Of a stretch of DNA of 64,000 nucleotides, positions 12,341 to 24,670 are shown in pieces; position 1 is the first letter of the stretch, and each line of letters begins with the position of its first letter. A program made the translations under genes and the position numbers. The notes below the pieces were generated by a model. It did no database searches. It saw only the letters and a list, made by a program, of their open reading frames with translations, and was not told where the DNA came from. Origin of the DNA: Haliotis rubra (lineage: Eukaryota); assembly GCF_003918875.1 (NCBI RefSeq), contig NW_025766270.1, positions 868,001-932,000 on the forward strand, read 5' to 3'.

Positions 12341-12925
12341 TATCCCCCGCAACGCGTTTTGCGGGGGTATTAACATGGACTCCGTACGTGCGTCCGTGTG
12401 TCCGTGCGTCTGTGCACATTTGTCTTTTCCGGAGCAGAACTCTAAAACCGTTCAATATTTCATCAAACTTGGCACATGGATAGATCTGGTGGTGTACTGG
12501 TGCCTTTTGGTAGTTTTGGTATTCTGAATTAAATATTTTTGGCCTTTCCATGGCAACAAGTTTGACTTAGACTGAAATTGGTGGTATTGCTCTTTTCCGG
12601 AGCAGAACTCTAAAACCGTAGCAGAACTCTAAAACCGTTCACCATTTCTTCACCAAACTTGGCAAATAGATTGGTCTGGTGGTGTACTGGTGCATTTTGG
12701 TAGTTTTGGATTTCTGAATAAAATATCTTTTCATTTCCATGCCAACAAGTTTGACTTGGACTGAAACTGGTGGTAGTGCTCCTTTCTGGGGCAGAACTTA
12801 AAAAACCTTTTAATACTCTGTTTCCACTTTTCTATATACACACCAAAACATGTGACATAATCATAACTCGTAGAAATATTCATGAAGAGTATTTTGCCAT
12901 TGCGGGGGATATTGGTGACTTTCTT
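12341..12925. mobile_element. non-autonomous Helentron-associated (HINE/pearl-like) element
   Basis: TATCCCCCGCAA start with short hairpin, GTCC-type microsatellite, ~170-190-bp internal tandem core repeats (TTTCCGGAGCAGAACTCTAAAACCG...AAACTTGGCA), subterminal TTGCGGGGGATA. Confidence 0.65.
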
Positions 12926-14815
12926 GTTAAAGTATACTCGGGCCCTTCAAAACTGCTCTTTCCCCATAACTGTGACAGATCGAAGATTCTCTTGGGACAA
13001 CACCTCTACAGACACCTTACAATGATGGCTTCTTTGAGTGGCATTAAGAAGTTGGTGTGATGATCAAGGGAGATAGAAGTATGGATGTATTGTGATATAG
13101 TAGTATATCCATAGAACTCTCTTCCTTGCTTACAATAATGGGACCTGTGAAGATCCGGGTTAGAATTGGTCTTCAGCAACACATGCTTGTTGTAAGAGGC
13201 AAATAACTGAATAAGGAGTTGGAGGATTGATATGGAAATGACGAAGGAACTGAATGGGTTGATATGGCCATGACGAAGGGGTTGAAGGTGTTGATATGGC
13301 CATGACGAAGGGTTCAGCACACTGCAAAGGCGTCTGATTCACTTCTGAAACACGTCATGAAGCAGACCTGGCTGATTTTGTTGAGCGATTGGTAAACGTT
13401 GATGTGACTTAGGGTTACTACTATCAGCCCAAGACATTCACTTGCGGGTCACGTTTCCTCCAGAGAAGGCAAAGTCTGGCCCCTCAGCTTGCCAGGTAGT
13501 GGCATCAGTTTTCTGTGATTCCACAAAGGAATCCCTATCGCTAGACTAGACCCTGAATGGTCCGACAATCAAACAGTTATATTAAATAGCAGCCAGTCTT
13601 CTTAGGCAAATTCATGGAAATTGCCAGATTGAATGTCGTGAGGGAAAAACACACGAACGATGTGTTGGCTCATCAGGACAATGCACCGCTGCAGTGATTT
13701 CGCCATGGCGGAAATGGCTTTGAACTCTGTACACCCCCGCATTCTCCAACTTTGGTACCGTCAGACTTTTCAGTCTCTTCTCAAACTGTCTGGCGAGTGT
13801 CATTTATTTGACAGACGTGTATGAACCTCAAGAGGAAGCTAATGTTGAAGAAAAAAATAATGTGCGAACGGCTGTAACCAAATCGTCACATCATAAAATG
13901 GTCAAAACCTTCCCGTCAATCCCCGTATGTGTGATGTCTTATTTGATCGGTAAACCAAGATTTGAAAGAAAATGCGGACAATCAACCCAAATGGACTCAA
14001 TGGGAAATCACTTGCAGCGTTGGCTGACTTTGTCCTTTGGTACGCGAGCTGCGTATATCACTCATCTTATCTGGAGCTCTGAACCCCTCTCTTCAGAGTG
14101 TCCGCTACGAACCTAGGTTTGTATGTCAACTCTTGAAATACAAAACCTAGTTGGTAGCCAGCTTCCTGTGTTATTTCACTGAACGACTTACAATTGCCTG
14201 AGGCTGAGGTGGTACCTGGTGTACAGTGTATTTGTTTTCCGGTGGTGATGACTGTTAAAAGTATTGAGTTTCGATGAGACAATAGCTCTCGTCCATACAA
14301 GCAATCACGTGAGCCTCACGTAGAGCTTAACTATAACAAAAGCACGACAAGACAAGGGTAGGGGTGCTACACTATATCCATATAGTCCTTCACCTTTTCA
14401 ATGAAAGACACCATCCATATCAACATTCTGTGAACAGTATTAAGCAATATTACAACAATGTCTACAGATGTGTTGTATGTTACGTGTGTGATACAATCTC
14501 GCCATGATGACTACCTTGACACACTAACGACTTGCCATTCTATTGGCACCCTGGCCATCTGGAGTTAATTGACATCTGCATCACTATTAGGATTATTTTA
14601 TAAACTGAATTTTTCCCTATGACCGGTGTCCCTGTGACCGGTGACCCATTAATACAACTAGCTCCAGAGAGGGGGAACCACATCCGTATCAACATTATAT
14701 AAACATTTATTAACCAATATTCAAGCAATACATCAAGACAAACACGGACATTACAGGTGAAACCTTGTACAGACCTATCTGCAGATATGTGACAATACCT
14801 TTGTTCATTTCAGGG

Positions 14816-14958
14816 CAGGCGCGTAGCATGACAATTGTTTCGTGTAAGCCCGATAGGTTGCAAAGCTTTATATTTAGATGGTATTGAGGATTTGCCCAAC
14901 CTATTTAGCAACAATTATGTGTAAGCCCGGGCTTTTTATAATGATAGCTAGGCCCCTG
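14816..14958. mobile_element. ~145-bp MITE with 5-bp TSD
   Basis: TIR CAGGCGCGTAGC / GCTAGGCCCCTG, flanked by CAGGG on both sides. Confidence 0.78.
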
Positions 14959-16030
14959 CAGGGTGGATTAAACGCATCATACAGCAAAAGGCAGATTCTA
15001 AATATAATCAGTGAACACAAACGAATAGTGATTGTTTTGTTGTGACTCATTTCTTTTCCATATATATATTCATTATATTCCGCTCAGTAGTAAGCCATGT
15101 CATGTTTAGAACTTCTAGATGGGCATTCAGTGAACACAAACGAAAAGTGATTGTTTTGTTTCGGGGTACCTCTTTATGATTCTAGTGCTATAGAAGTAAT
15201 ATCTGCTTAGTAGCTAGGTACATATCTAGAACAGATCAGGCGCTCACGGACATGTGCTGAAAATTCAAATGTGTCTTCTGTCCCCAAGTTAGTAGACCGT
15301 ACGTGGTAATCCAGGCAATTCCCACCGAACCGAGGTATATTCGGTACAATACCCACCGAACCGAGGTATATTCGGTACAATACCCAGGTCTCTGGTTCTA
15401 AATATGTACGGCCTGTATTCGTAACGCCCACGTTATACCCGACCCCAAACAAGCCACGTCCGACATGACAGGAATACCGTATAAAACCTCGATAAGTCAC
15501 CCAAATAAAGTGCTATGCAAATGTGATCGGGAACAGCCTTGTGCGTTAAATTCGTAGTAAATGACCAAGTGTGTTAAACACGTATTTTACTTGACGGTGA
15601 TAGCACGTGAAAATGGATTTGTACATATATATTCACTGTTAACAATAACATGTTCACAATAAGCATTCGAACTGTTGAACTTAAAGATTATATATCCTTT
15701 GGTACAGAGCAGAAGTAGAAGTAATATTGCTGACTGCGGCGTAAAACAATATCCAGTCACGTACTTGCTATAATAGATACGCTTATGCAATGTCTGCCTC
15801 TAATTGGAATTGTACTAACATCAAGCAGATTGTAGAAAGAGAACGTCGTTAGTCCTGACCCTGTAACTCTAGAAACCCAACCTTGAGAACACTTCCGGCT
15901 GTAACTGTGATTGTAAACAAAGGGACATTACTCCGTAACCTTGATTATTTATCCGGAACTTTGTTAATCAGCACGATTCCATAAAACGGTAACGTTCGAA
16001 TGAACGAGGTAATCTGAAGGGAACTGTGAG

Positions 16031-19000
16031 CTAGGCGGGATGGTTTATGTACATATAGATACTTTTGCAGTTGCTAGGGTCGCCATAGGCAACAACCCAA
16101 GCAATGTCATATTGCTGATGAGGATTGGTCTGACAGACATCCAACCTGTTCCACCAGGCTCCCTTATGCCACTCGGCACACGGCTCGACTGAGTTGTTGC
16201 AGTGATCCTTGGCACAGAAGTGACTCCCATCCAGGGTTCTAGCTGGGTCCCCCAGGTTGAAGCGGTCTCCGAAAACGCTATCCCCGGTGAACCCCGACAC
16301 CGACAGCTGATACTCCGAGGCCTCGTCACCCACGGAGAAGGCGTCGTAAGACACTTGTCCGGGAGTGCTGTCAAACTTCTTCAAGGACATGAAGAGTTTA
16401 CAAGGTCGGACACTGGTCAGAGCATGCACCTTCTCCAGACCCAGCCACATGTAACAGTTGGAGTGGGTGAAACCAGACTTGTAGTCGGCCCAGGGAACGT
16501 CGAGGTACGTCACGGGCTCCGCCTCACAGCCACTGATGGTTTTGTCCCTGAACATGATCATAGTAGTGACGCCATGGCATTCTATGTCAAAGGATTGTGT
16601 GGAGTTGGTCGGCCAGACAGTGTAGGTGCCATTAGGGTTACCAATATACTGGGACACGTCACTACAGTCTGCAACAGGGAAATAGTATTGTTACAGTGTG
16701 GTCATTGGTGATGTTACGTGTGGGATACAGAATGTTGGACAGAAAATTACTCAGAATATCAGTTTTGTCTTGATGGAGTATTGAGGAATGAGGACCCCGT
16801 CATGATAGTTAAGAAATCAACATCCTTGTATGCTATTACGCTATGCCAAACGGCGCCTCGGAGTTGTCCACTCACAAAGGGATACTGACCAACCTTGAGA
16901 GGCTGAAACCCGGTCAATGCACAATGGTCACATTTTACTACACAGACACACGACGCATCATGAAATTTCAAATATGGATTTGATTTGAATGAACTTGAAA
17001 ATTTCAGTCAATCGGTGTGTAAAGCACATTAAATGGATTTTTTATCGATATTAATGCAAAATGACGGTGGAGACAGCAAGAATATACTTTACTTGTTCCC
17101 CATGTCGGGGACTGACCCCGGTCGACACATCAACCACTTGCCTAACCCAACACTCAACAGTGTTAGTGCACTAAGTAAGACTGGAGTACCTTTAATCCGT
17201 GTTTCACAGCGTGTTCCGGTAGTGGAGGGCAGACAGCTGCAGGCTGGACCGACTGACGTACCGCCATTTTCACAGGTCGCCACATCTGCTTCAGTCGTTG
17301 TCCCTATTGGAGATGTTGATTCTGTTGATGGTGTCATTTCTTCTGTTGTTGATGTCGTTATGGTGTCTGTTGATGATGATGTCTCCAAAGCTTCAGATGT
17401 GGGAAGAACATCAGATGATCCCTGCATGAGACAATACCTGGTAAAGATGGCACAGAACATTCCCCTCTATCTACTCTGATGTTCTTGCTGTTGTCGGAAT
17501 ATGCGCCTTTAACATTCCGTGAAACGTATGGTGGCTGCTTTATCGCTGTATCACTCTATCGCTTTCTCGCCTTTTTATATCGCTTTCTCGCTCTGTTGCT
17601 TTCTCGTGCTATTGCTTTCTCATGCAATGATATCGCTTTCTAGTCTCGTGCTGTCGCTTTCCCGTCTCGTGTTATCGCTTTCTCGTCTCGTGATATCGCT
17701 TTCTCACTTTCTCGCCTCCGAATTTTAAGGCAAGAAGCGATGGCCCTAATCAGCCACCATAGAAACTCTAGTAGTTGTTATTAAGGTATAACTCTAAAGT
17801 TGTCCACGAGGCAGTGTATGTGGTTAGTTCATAACCGTATTGTGTTCTTGCACAGTGACCCTCCTAGAATCATCTGTCGTATATATTGATTTGCGTTTGC
17901 ATATAATTACATTCCAGTCTACCTAAGTTACACTTTTCTTTTCTTAAAACATCATGTATGCTTAAAACACATTTGTCTCTTCCTCTATAATAACACTGGT
18001 ACTCACTATGATGGATCTATCCCCGTTGTCAGGACACTGACACAATGTGTGAAGCCCATTTCTGGTGTCCCCCGCCGTGATGTTGCTGGAATATTGCTAA
18101 AAGCGGCGTAAAACCAAACTCAGTCAGTCAGTCAGTCCTCTATAATAACACTGGTACTGACTATGATGGATCTATCCCCGTTGTCAGGACACTGACGTTA
18201 TGGGCATGCTACTTTCTGTTCCGTTTGGATAAAATCAACAGCTTATCCCGTCCAACAGATGTCAAATTTCAGTTAAATAGTAACTTTAACATTTTAGAGC
18301 CCTTTCAATCCTGCTACATGAAGAAATATATAAAGTTTGTATTTTACAAAACATCCACTCCCTACAATGACATTAATGATTATAAATGTTTGTATAAATT
18401 TTGCTTCATCAAGTGTATCATATTGAAAACATAAACAACCAGTGAACAAACAAGTCACCGAGTTTGATTACAACTAAATTTAGCGAGCGAGACCTTTCTA
18501 ACCAAGGCCTCCCAAGGATGACTAGCAATAGACCACAGATCCTGCGATAAAAATATAGGAGCGAGTGTTTGGGGCCTTTTCTAACCAAGGCCTCCCAAGG
18601 ATGACTAGCAATAGACCACAGATCCTGCGATAAAAATATAGGAGCGAGTTTTGGGGGCCTTTTCTAACCTAGGCCCTCCAAGGGTGACTAGCAATAGACC
18701 ACAGATCCTGCGATAAAAATATAGGAGCGAGTTTTGGGGGTCTTTTCTAACCTAGGCCCTCCAAGGGTGACTAGCAATAGACCACAGATCCTGCGATAAA
18801 AATATAGGAGCGAGTTTTGGGGGCCTTTTCTAACCTAGGCCCTCCAAGGGTGACTAGCAATAGACCACAGATCCTGCGATAAAAATATAGGAGCGAGTTT
18901 TGGGGGCCTTTTCTAACCTAGGCGCTCCAAGGGATGACTAGCAATAGACCACAGATCATGCGATAAAAATATAGGATCGAGTGTTGGGGGCCTTTTCAAA

Positions 19001-20409
19001 CCTAGGCGCTCCAAGGGATGACTAGCAATAGATTGCAAACCCTGCCACAAAAATATAGGAGCGAGTGTTGGGGGCCTTTTCTAACCTAGGCGCTCCAAGG
19101 GATGACTAGCAAATGATTGCAAACCCTGCCACAAAAATATAGGAGCGAGTGTTGGGGGCCTTTTCTAACCTAGGCGCTCCAAGGGATGACTAGCAATAGA
19201 TTGCAAACCCTGCCACAAAAATATAGGAGCGAGTGTTGGTGGCCTTTTCTAACCTAGGCGCTCCAAGGGATGACTAGCAATAGATTGCAAACCCTGCCAC
19301 AAAAATATAGGAGCGAGTGTTGGTGGCCTTTTCTAACCTAGGCGCTCCAAGGGATGACTAGCAATAGATTGCAAACCCTGCCACAAATATATAGGAGCGA
19401 GTGTTGGGGGCCTTTTCTAACCTAGGCCCTCCAAGGGATGACTAGCAATAGATTGCAAACCCTGCCACAAAAATATAGGAGCGAGTGTTGGTGGCCTTTT
19501 CTAACCCAGGTCCCCAAAGGTGACTAACAATAGACCCCAGATCCTGCGATAAAAATATAGGAGCGAGTGTTGGGGGCCTTTTCTAACCTAGGCGCTCCAA
19601 GGGATGACTAGCAATAGATTGCAAACCCTGCCACAAAAATATAGGAGCGAGTGTTGGTGGCCTTTTCTAACCCAGGTCCCCAAAGGTGACTAACAATAGA
19701 CCTTCAGATCCTGCGATAAAAATATAGGAGCGAGTATTGGGGGCCTTTTCTAACCTAGGCCCTCCAAGGGATGACTAGCAATAGAATGCAAACCCTGCCA
19801 CAAAAATATAGGAGCGAGTGTTGGGGGCCTTTTCTAACCCAGGTCCCCAAAGGTGACTAACAATAGACCCCAGATCCTGCCACAAAAATATAGGAGCGAG
19901 TGTTGGGGGCCTTTTCTAACCTAGGCCCTCCAAGGGATGACTAGCAATAGATTGCAAACCCTGCCACAAAAATATAGGAGGGAGTTTTGGGGGCCTTTTC
20001 TAACTCAGGTTCCCAAAAGGGATGACATTCAATAGTCCACAGATCCGTATTATCAGTTACTATGGTAACCATACCAATAGGTAAACCATCTCACCTGTGT
20101 CCCAGCAGCCTCCTCCACAAAATACTGACACGTGACGTTGGGGACGCTGCCTAGGTTAGATGTTGCAGTCATCAGGTAACAGACGTCGTCATCGGGGCAG
20201 TAGACCACGCCGATGCAGGTGTTGACGCCGACACACTTGGCAAAACATTTAGTACGGGACGATGCCACCACAGACTGGATGTGAGAGAAGTTGGTCGTTG
20301 TTACCGAGTCCAGCAGTCTGTATCTATACGGTACACAGTTCTTCTCGGGTACGGGGCCAGCTTGCACACCCACAAGGAACAACCCTCCCAACATGTACAA
20401 TTTAACCAT
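16031..20409 (-). CDS. secreted fibrinogen-related protein A: signal peptide-PAN/apple-Thr/Ser stalk-EGF-FBG; exons 20095-20409, 17190-17421, 16031-16668; 394 aa
   Basis: Spliced with GT-AG and phases 0,1. PAN pattern CFAKCVGVNTCIGVVYCPDDDVCYLM; EGF CENGGT...CSCLPSTTGTRCE; FBG motifs DCSDV, GTYTVWP, WADYKSGF, WLGLEKVHALT, YDAFSVGDEASEYQLSVSGF, GAWW. Confidence 0.88.
17528..17761. mobile_element. MITE with internal ~20-bp tandem repeats
   Basis: TIR TATGGTGGCTG / CAGCCACCATA; internal (TATCGCTTTCTCGTCTCGTG)n. Confidence 0.7.
18042..18135 (+). mobile_element. 5'-truncated SINE family 1 with a 61-bp flanking direct duplication
   Basis: SINE 3' half with (CAGT)n tail; 17981-18041 equals 18136-18196 with one mismatch. 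Confidence 0.88.
18483..20045. repeat. ~80-bp satellite (about 19-20 units) in FReD-A intron 1
   Basis: Unit ...AAAAATATAGGAGCGAGTGTTGGGGGCCTTTTCTAACCTAGG...GACTAGCAATAG. Confidence 0.95.
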
Positions 20410-21984
20410 TGTCAAACCAGCGACAAGTTTCCCACATGCACAACGCACAGAATGTGAGAGCAGATGGAGGTTGCATTAACTGTATCGGGAACGGATTTCT
20501 AAGACCTGCAAGTTTCAAGTGTTAGTTAAACAACAAGAAGCTTGTTGAATGTGCAAGTTTTGATCTTATACTTAAGACACACAAAAGACTTCGCTATAGG
20601 AAAAACGTATATTTCTAACTTATAGTGTAAATGTTTCCGTTTCATGTGGACTGTTTTGTTAACGGCGTTGTCCATAGCAACAGTGATGTGAACTGGGGTT
20701 GATAGGTATATATTTTTTAATGTATTTTGCAATCGTTTGTTTTTCTAAACATTCTAAAGTGTGAAGGAGCTTATCCTTCGAAACATGTCAGCAGACTTCC
20801 GCTTGTTTGAAAACATCCAATAAAGATCCTCGGGCTGCACCAGTATGAACCGGTATGTACCATATAGACACCACTTATGCTTCTTTAGTATTCACGTCTC
20901 TAAAATCTTTAGCCATTACCTTTTGTCATTCAAGAACACAATCATTCTTTAAACTACCTTTTATCAAGTCACAGAGGATCAAACATTGTTTGATACTACA
21001 ACAATAGTGAGCCGCTATATAGACCCCATTTAAATTGTTAAGAGTCCAGGGAAGCAACATCCGTGTTCCATGTGTGTTTACACCCTAGAACACTACATAT
21101 GCTACGTCACGGCCTACTAAAGTACCCCACACATACTGATGTCTTCCCTGGGGTACCCCTTCCCTATCTCCTCGTCAGACTTTGTTTATCAAACAAGGTG
21201 TTTAGTCGGCCGCATGTTCAAATCAGTCAACGAAGTGAACATTTACTGAAGAGAGATCCAATAGTTTCCCATTTGCCCGAGGGTGGTCAATATAAAGTTT
21301 TAAAGTCCATCCATACACGTGGATATTGCAGTGTGATGTTTGTCTTTAGAGTGTTCATGACAGTGAAGTGTTAACAGTGTCATGTAAATCTTGTTCGTAC
21401 GTTACATATATCAATATCCAAGTTTCTCGTCCATTCACCATGTTGGTGATAGGTTTTGAGGGTGGGGCATTAAAATGAGTTTAGGCGTTTAGTTTACTTA
21501 GCATTTACTCAGATGTGTTCTTCAGAAATATAGCAGTTGATCGTTGATCATTAATAAGTAATGCTTTAACCATTTATTAGGGTACGAATCTTAACTCTTA
21601 TCTTGATTAGGTTGTATTTTGTGATTAATGATTTAAGCTGTTTTCTAATCATTTGAGGTCTCTTTGGTAGATTTATGCAGGGTGATTCTAAATACCCATG
21701 TAGACCTGATGATTCCATGCCGGTATACATTACACGCAGATACACATGTAATTCCTTTTTGTGTAGAAAAGAGCTAGAAATGCCTTTCCATGTTCATAAT
21801 CTCTTATCTATTATATGCTCGGTCTATATCATGGGCATGTGCTTGTGTAACAATCAAATAGTGAGGACATCAGGTTGTGGTGAGCGTATCCTGTCACAAA
21901 CACATTCAAAGGCAAGACAACTGTTCACCTCAAACACGGGAATATATTTTAGACCAAAAAAGACCAGCCTCAAACCTGAACCAT

Positions 21985-22630
21985 TGTGTGCCGACCAGCA
22001 ATGTGTCTGATGGCTACTGAGCATGACGTGACCCCTATGTAGCAACTACCTCCTCCATCATGTTTGTGTGTCGACCAGCAAGGTGTCTGCTGGCTACTGA
22101 GCATAGCGTGACCCCTATGTAGCAACTACCTGCTCCATCATGTTTGTGTGTCGACCAGCAAGGTGTCTGATGGCTACTGAGCATGGCGTGACCCCTTATG
22201 TAGCAACTACCTGCTCCATCATGTTTGTGTGTCGACCAGCAAGGTGTCTGCTGGCTACTGAGCATGGCGTGACCCCTATGTAGCAACTACCTGCTCCATC
22301 ATGTTTGTGTGTCGACCAGCAAGGTGTCTGCTGGCTACTGAGAATGGCGTGACCCCTATGTTGCAACTACCTGCTCCATCATGTTTGTGTGTAGACCAGC
22401 AAGGTGTCTGATGGCTACTGTGAATGGCGTGACCCCTATGTAGCAACTACCTGCTCCATCATGTTTGTGTGTCGACCAGCAAGGTGTCTGCTGGCTACTG
22501 AGCATGGCGTGACCCCTTATGTAGCAACTACCTGCTCCATCATGTTTGTGTGTCGACCAGCAAGGTGTCTGCTGGCTACTGAGCATGGCGTGACCCCTAT
22601 GTAGCAACTACCTATTCCATCATGTTTGTG
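21985..22630. repeat. 80-bp minisatellite, about 8 units
   Basis: Unit GACCCCTATGTAGCAACTACCTGCTCCATCATGTTTGTGTGTCGACCAGCAAGGTGTCTGCTGGCTACTGAGCATGGCGT. Confidence 0.95.
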
Positions 22631-24410
22631 ATCAGCAGCCATCTCCATGCCGCCTAATCCCCATCACCTCACTGGTGTCTGTTTAAACAACTGATCGTAG
22701 ACAGATCTGTTAACGGCCCATGAATGATGACTGTATAACCAGACTGAACTTCTGTGATGATAATCTGAATCTACATGCTTGGTGATACATAGAATCCTAC
22801 CTGACGGCCGACCTTAACGTCACGTATTGCTTGTTACGCGTGTGCTACAATCTCACCGTGATGCCCACCTTGACACAGTTACAATTTCCTATCGTATTAG
22901 CACCGTGGCCATCTGGAGTTTGTCAACATCAGCATCACTATTAGGATTATTTATTCATCGAATGTGTCCCTATGAGCGGTGACCAAAGTCATTCAATCAC
23001 TCGTACAACTAGCTCCAGGGAGAAGGAACAACAACCGTATCAACATTTCTGAAACATTTATTCAGCAATATTCAAGCCATACATCAGGACAAAGTTAAAC
23101 ACGGACAGTATAGGTAAAACCTTGCACAGACAACAGACAGCTTTGCAGATTAAACGCATAATTTTACGAAATGTAGATTCTACACAAACACAAGCGAATA
23201 GGGATGTTTTGTTTTGGTGTTGCTCATTTTGCTTCTGATTTTACATAACAACATGTACTCGTTTCTTGAACGGATGGGGACATATGATACTCAGCTGAAC
23301 AGACAGCTTGAGGCCTAGGCAGGTCAGAATTAGAATTATTAGAGGGACACTCATACATTGGTGAAATTCAAACGGGTGGCGAGATCTGATGAAAACATCC
23401 TGGAAGGAAACCCAAGATTCGACCCAGATAATTGACCCTGGTTATTTGCAGCCTGATGTCTACACTCGTGAAAACACCCGACCTGCATCTATCTGGAATT
23501 ATATAAACACAAACTTTCCCTTCCCCTCATTACTTACTTATTTCAACTCTACACCCCCCGACATAACTGAGATACCAAACTGAAATACAATTTAAACCCC
23601 AACGTATTCACTCTAATATGGGCTTACTATGAAAATTTGATCTGGAAAAAGTTGCTGTTTCCAAAATATTCAATTTTATTAAAAGAATTTAAAAATGCTT
23701 GCAAAACATTCTTCTAGTTTACAATGGTAACACAGGAAAATGTATTTGTAGGGCAATACAAATGGTCAACACGAAGACAATAACCATTATAAGCATCACA
23801 GCTGCAAATTTCAATAATCATAAATCGCCGAGGTAACGAAAAACAAACACCAAGACACAGATGTGTCTGACTGCGGCGTAAAACAATATCCACTTAAGCG
23901 ATTACTGTTGATACATGAACTCTATAACGTCTTTCCAACCAGCTTCACAGAGCATGTGTATAAATAATCGTGAACTCGGGAGGGTTGCAGTGACCAGAAA
24001 TGCGTGACAACACAAATCAGAATCGGCCTTCAGTGCGGACTGAATCATCTGACAGCAGCGAATGGGTGATTTTGTGTAAGATTTTTGTGCTTCATCGATG
24101 TAAATACATAAATAATTATAACTGACCATATTTCTTAAAATTTACTGCTGTCTTTTTTTGACATGATGACTTAAGCTTAATGTACCACAGGTAATTTCAA
24201 GCGGTTGACATTTTGTGTGGAACCGCAGTTGGTCATTTTATACATGAAAAAGGAGCTGACTGAGGTGGTCATGTTATATATTTCTGTGCTTCTTTAAGGC
24301 CAGACTATGAACACATGTACATGTAATAGCTGTTGATAGCTTAGTAAAATTTTTAAACCAATAATGTTACCATATCAGTCAATGGGAAAATATATGGTTT
24401 TGTATAACTT

Positions 24411-24510
24411 CCTGACGTCTGCTGGGAACAGTGAGTCAGACGGGTTTATATACATGGAGAAACTTTTGCAATCTCCTTCAGTGGAATCGTCAGCAAGTAA
24501 TTTCACATCG
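24411..24510 (-). pseudogene. remnant of the 3' end of a further FReD paralog
   Basis: Reverse strand reads ...GDCKSFSMYINP followed by CTCACTGTTCCCAGCAGACGTCAG, matching the CKSIYMYINHPA / CKSIYMFIYPA ends and the 3' flanks of genes A and B. Confidence 0.6.
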
Positions 24511-24670
24511 TCCTAGGATTGTTTAACGTTCTTTTCAAACAGCTTCACACAACATGCTCCAATATATACATACATAGCCGTGACACAGAGAGAGAGAACC
24601 AGAATAGAGAGAATGTGGGAAGTGTTGCAGCTCTACACTACGCCCGCTGACATCTGGCGGGAACAACGAG

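Noticed and set aside
16202-16711. Antisense ORF conserved in both paralogs (also 24839-25345)
   Set aside because: Shadow of the FBG exon; conservation is explained by the recent duplication
21000-21400. LINE reverse-transcriptase remnant (minus strand VWMDFK, EGVPQG)
   Set aside because: Only two short motifs, no YADD or continuous frame; too weak to list as a feature
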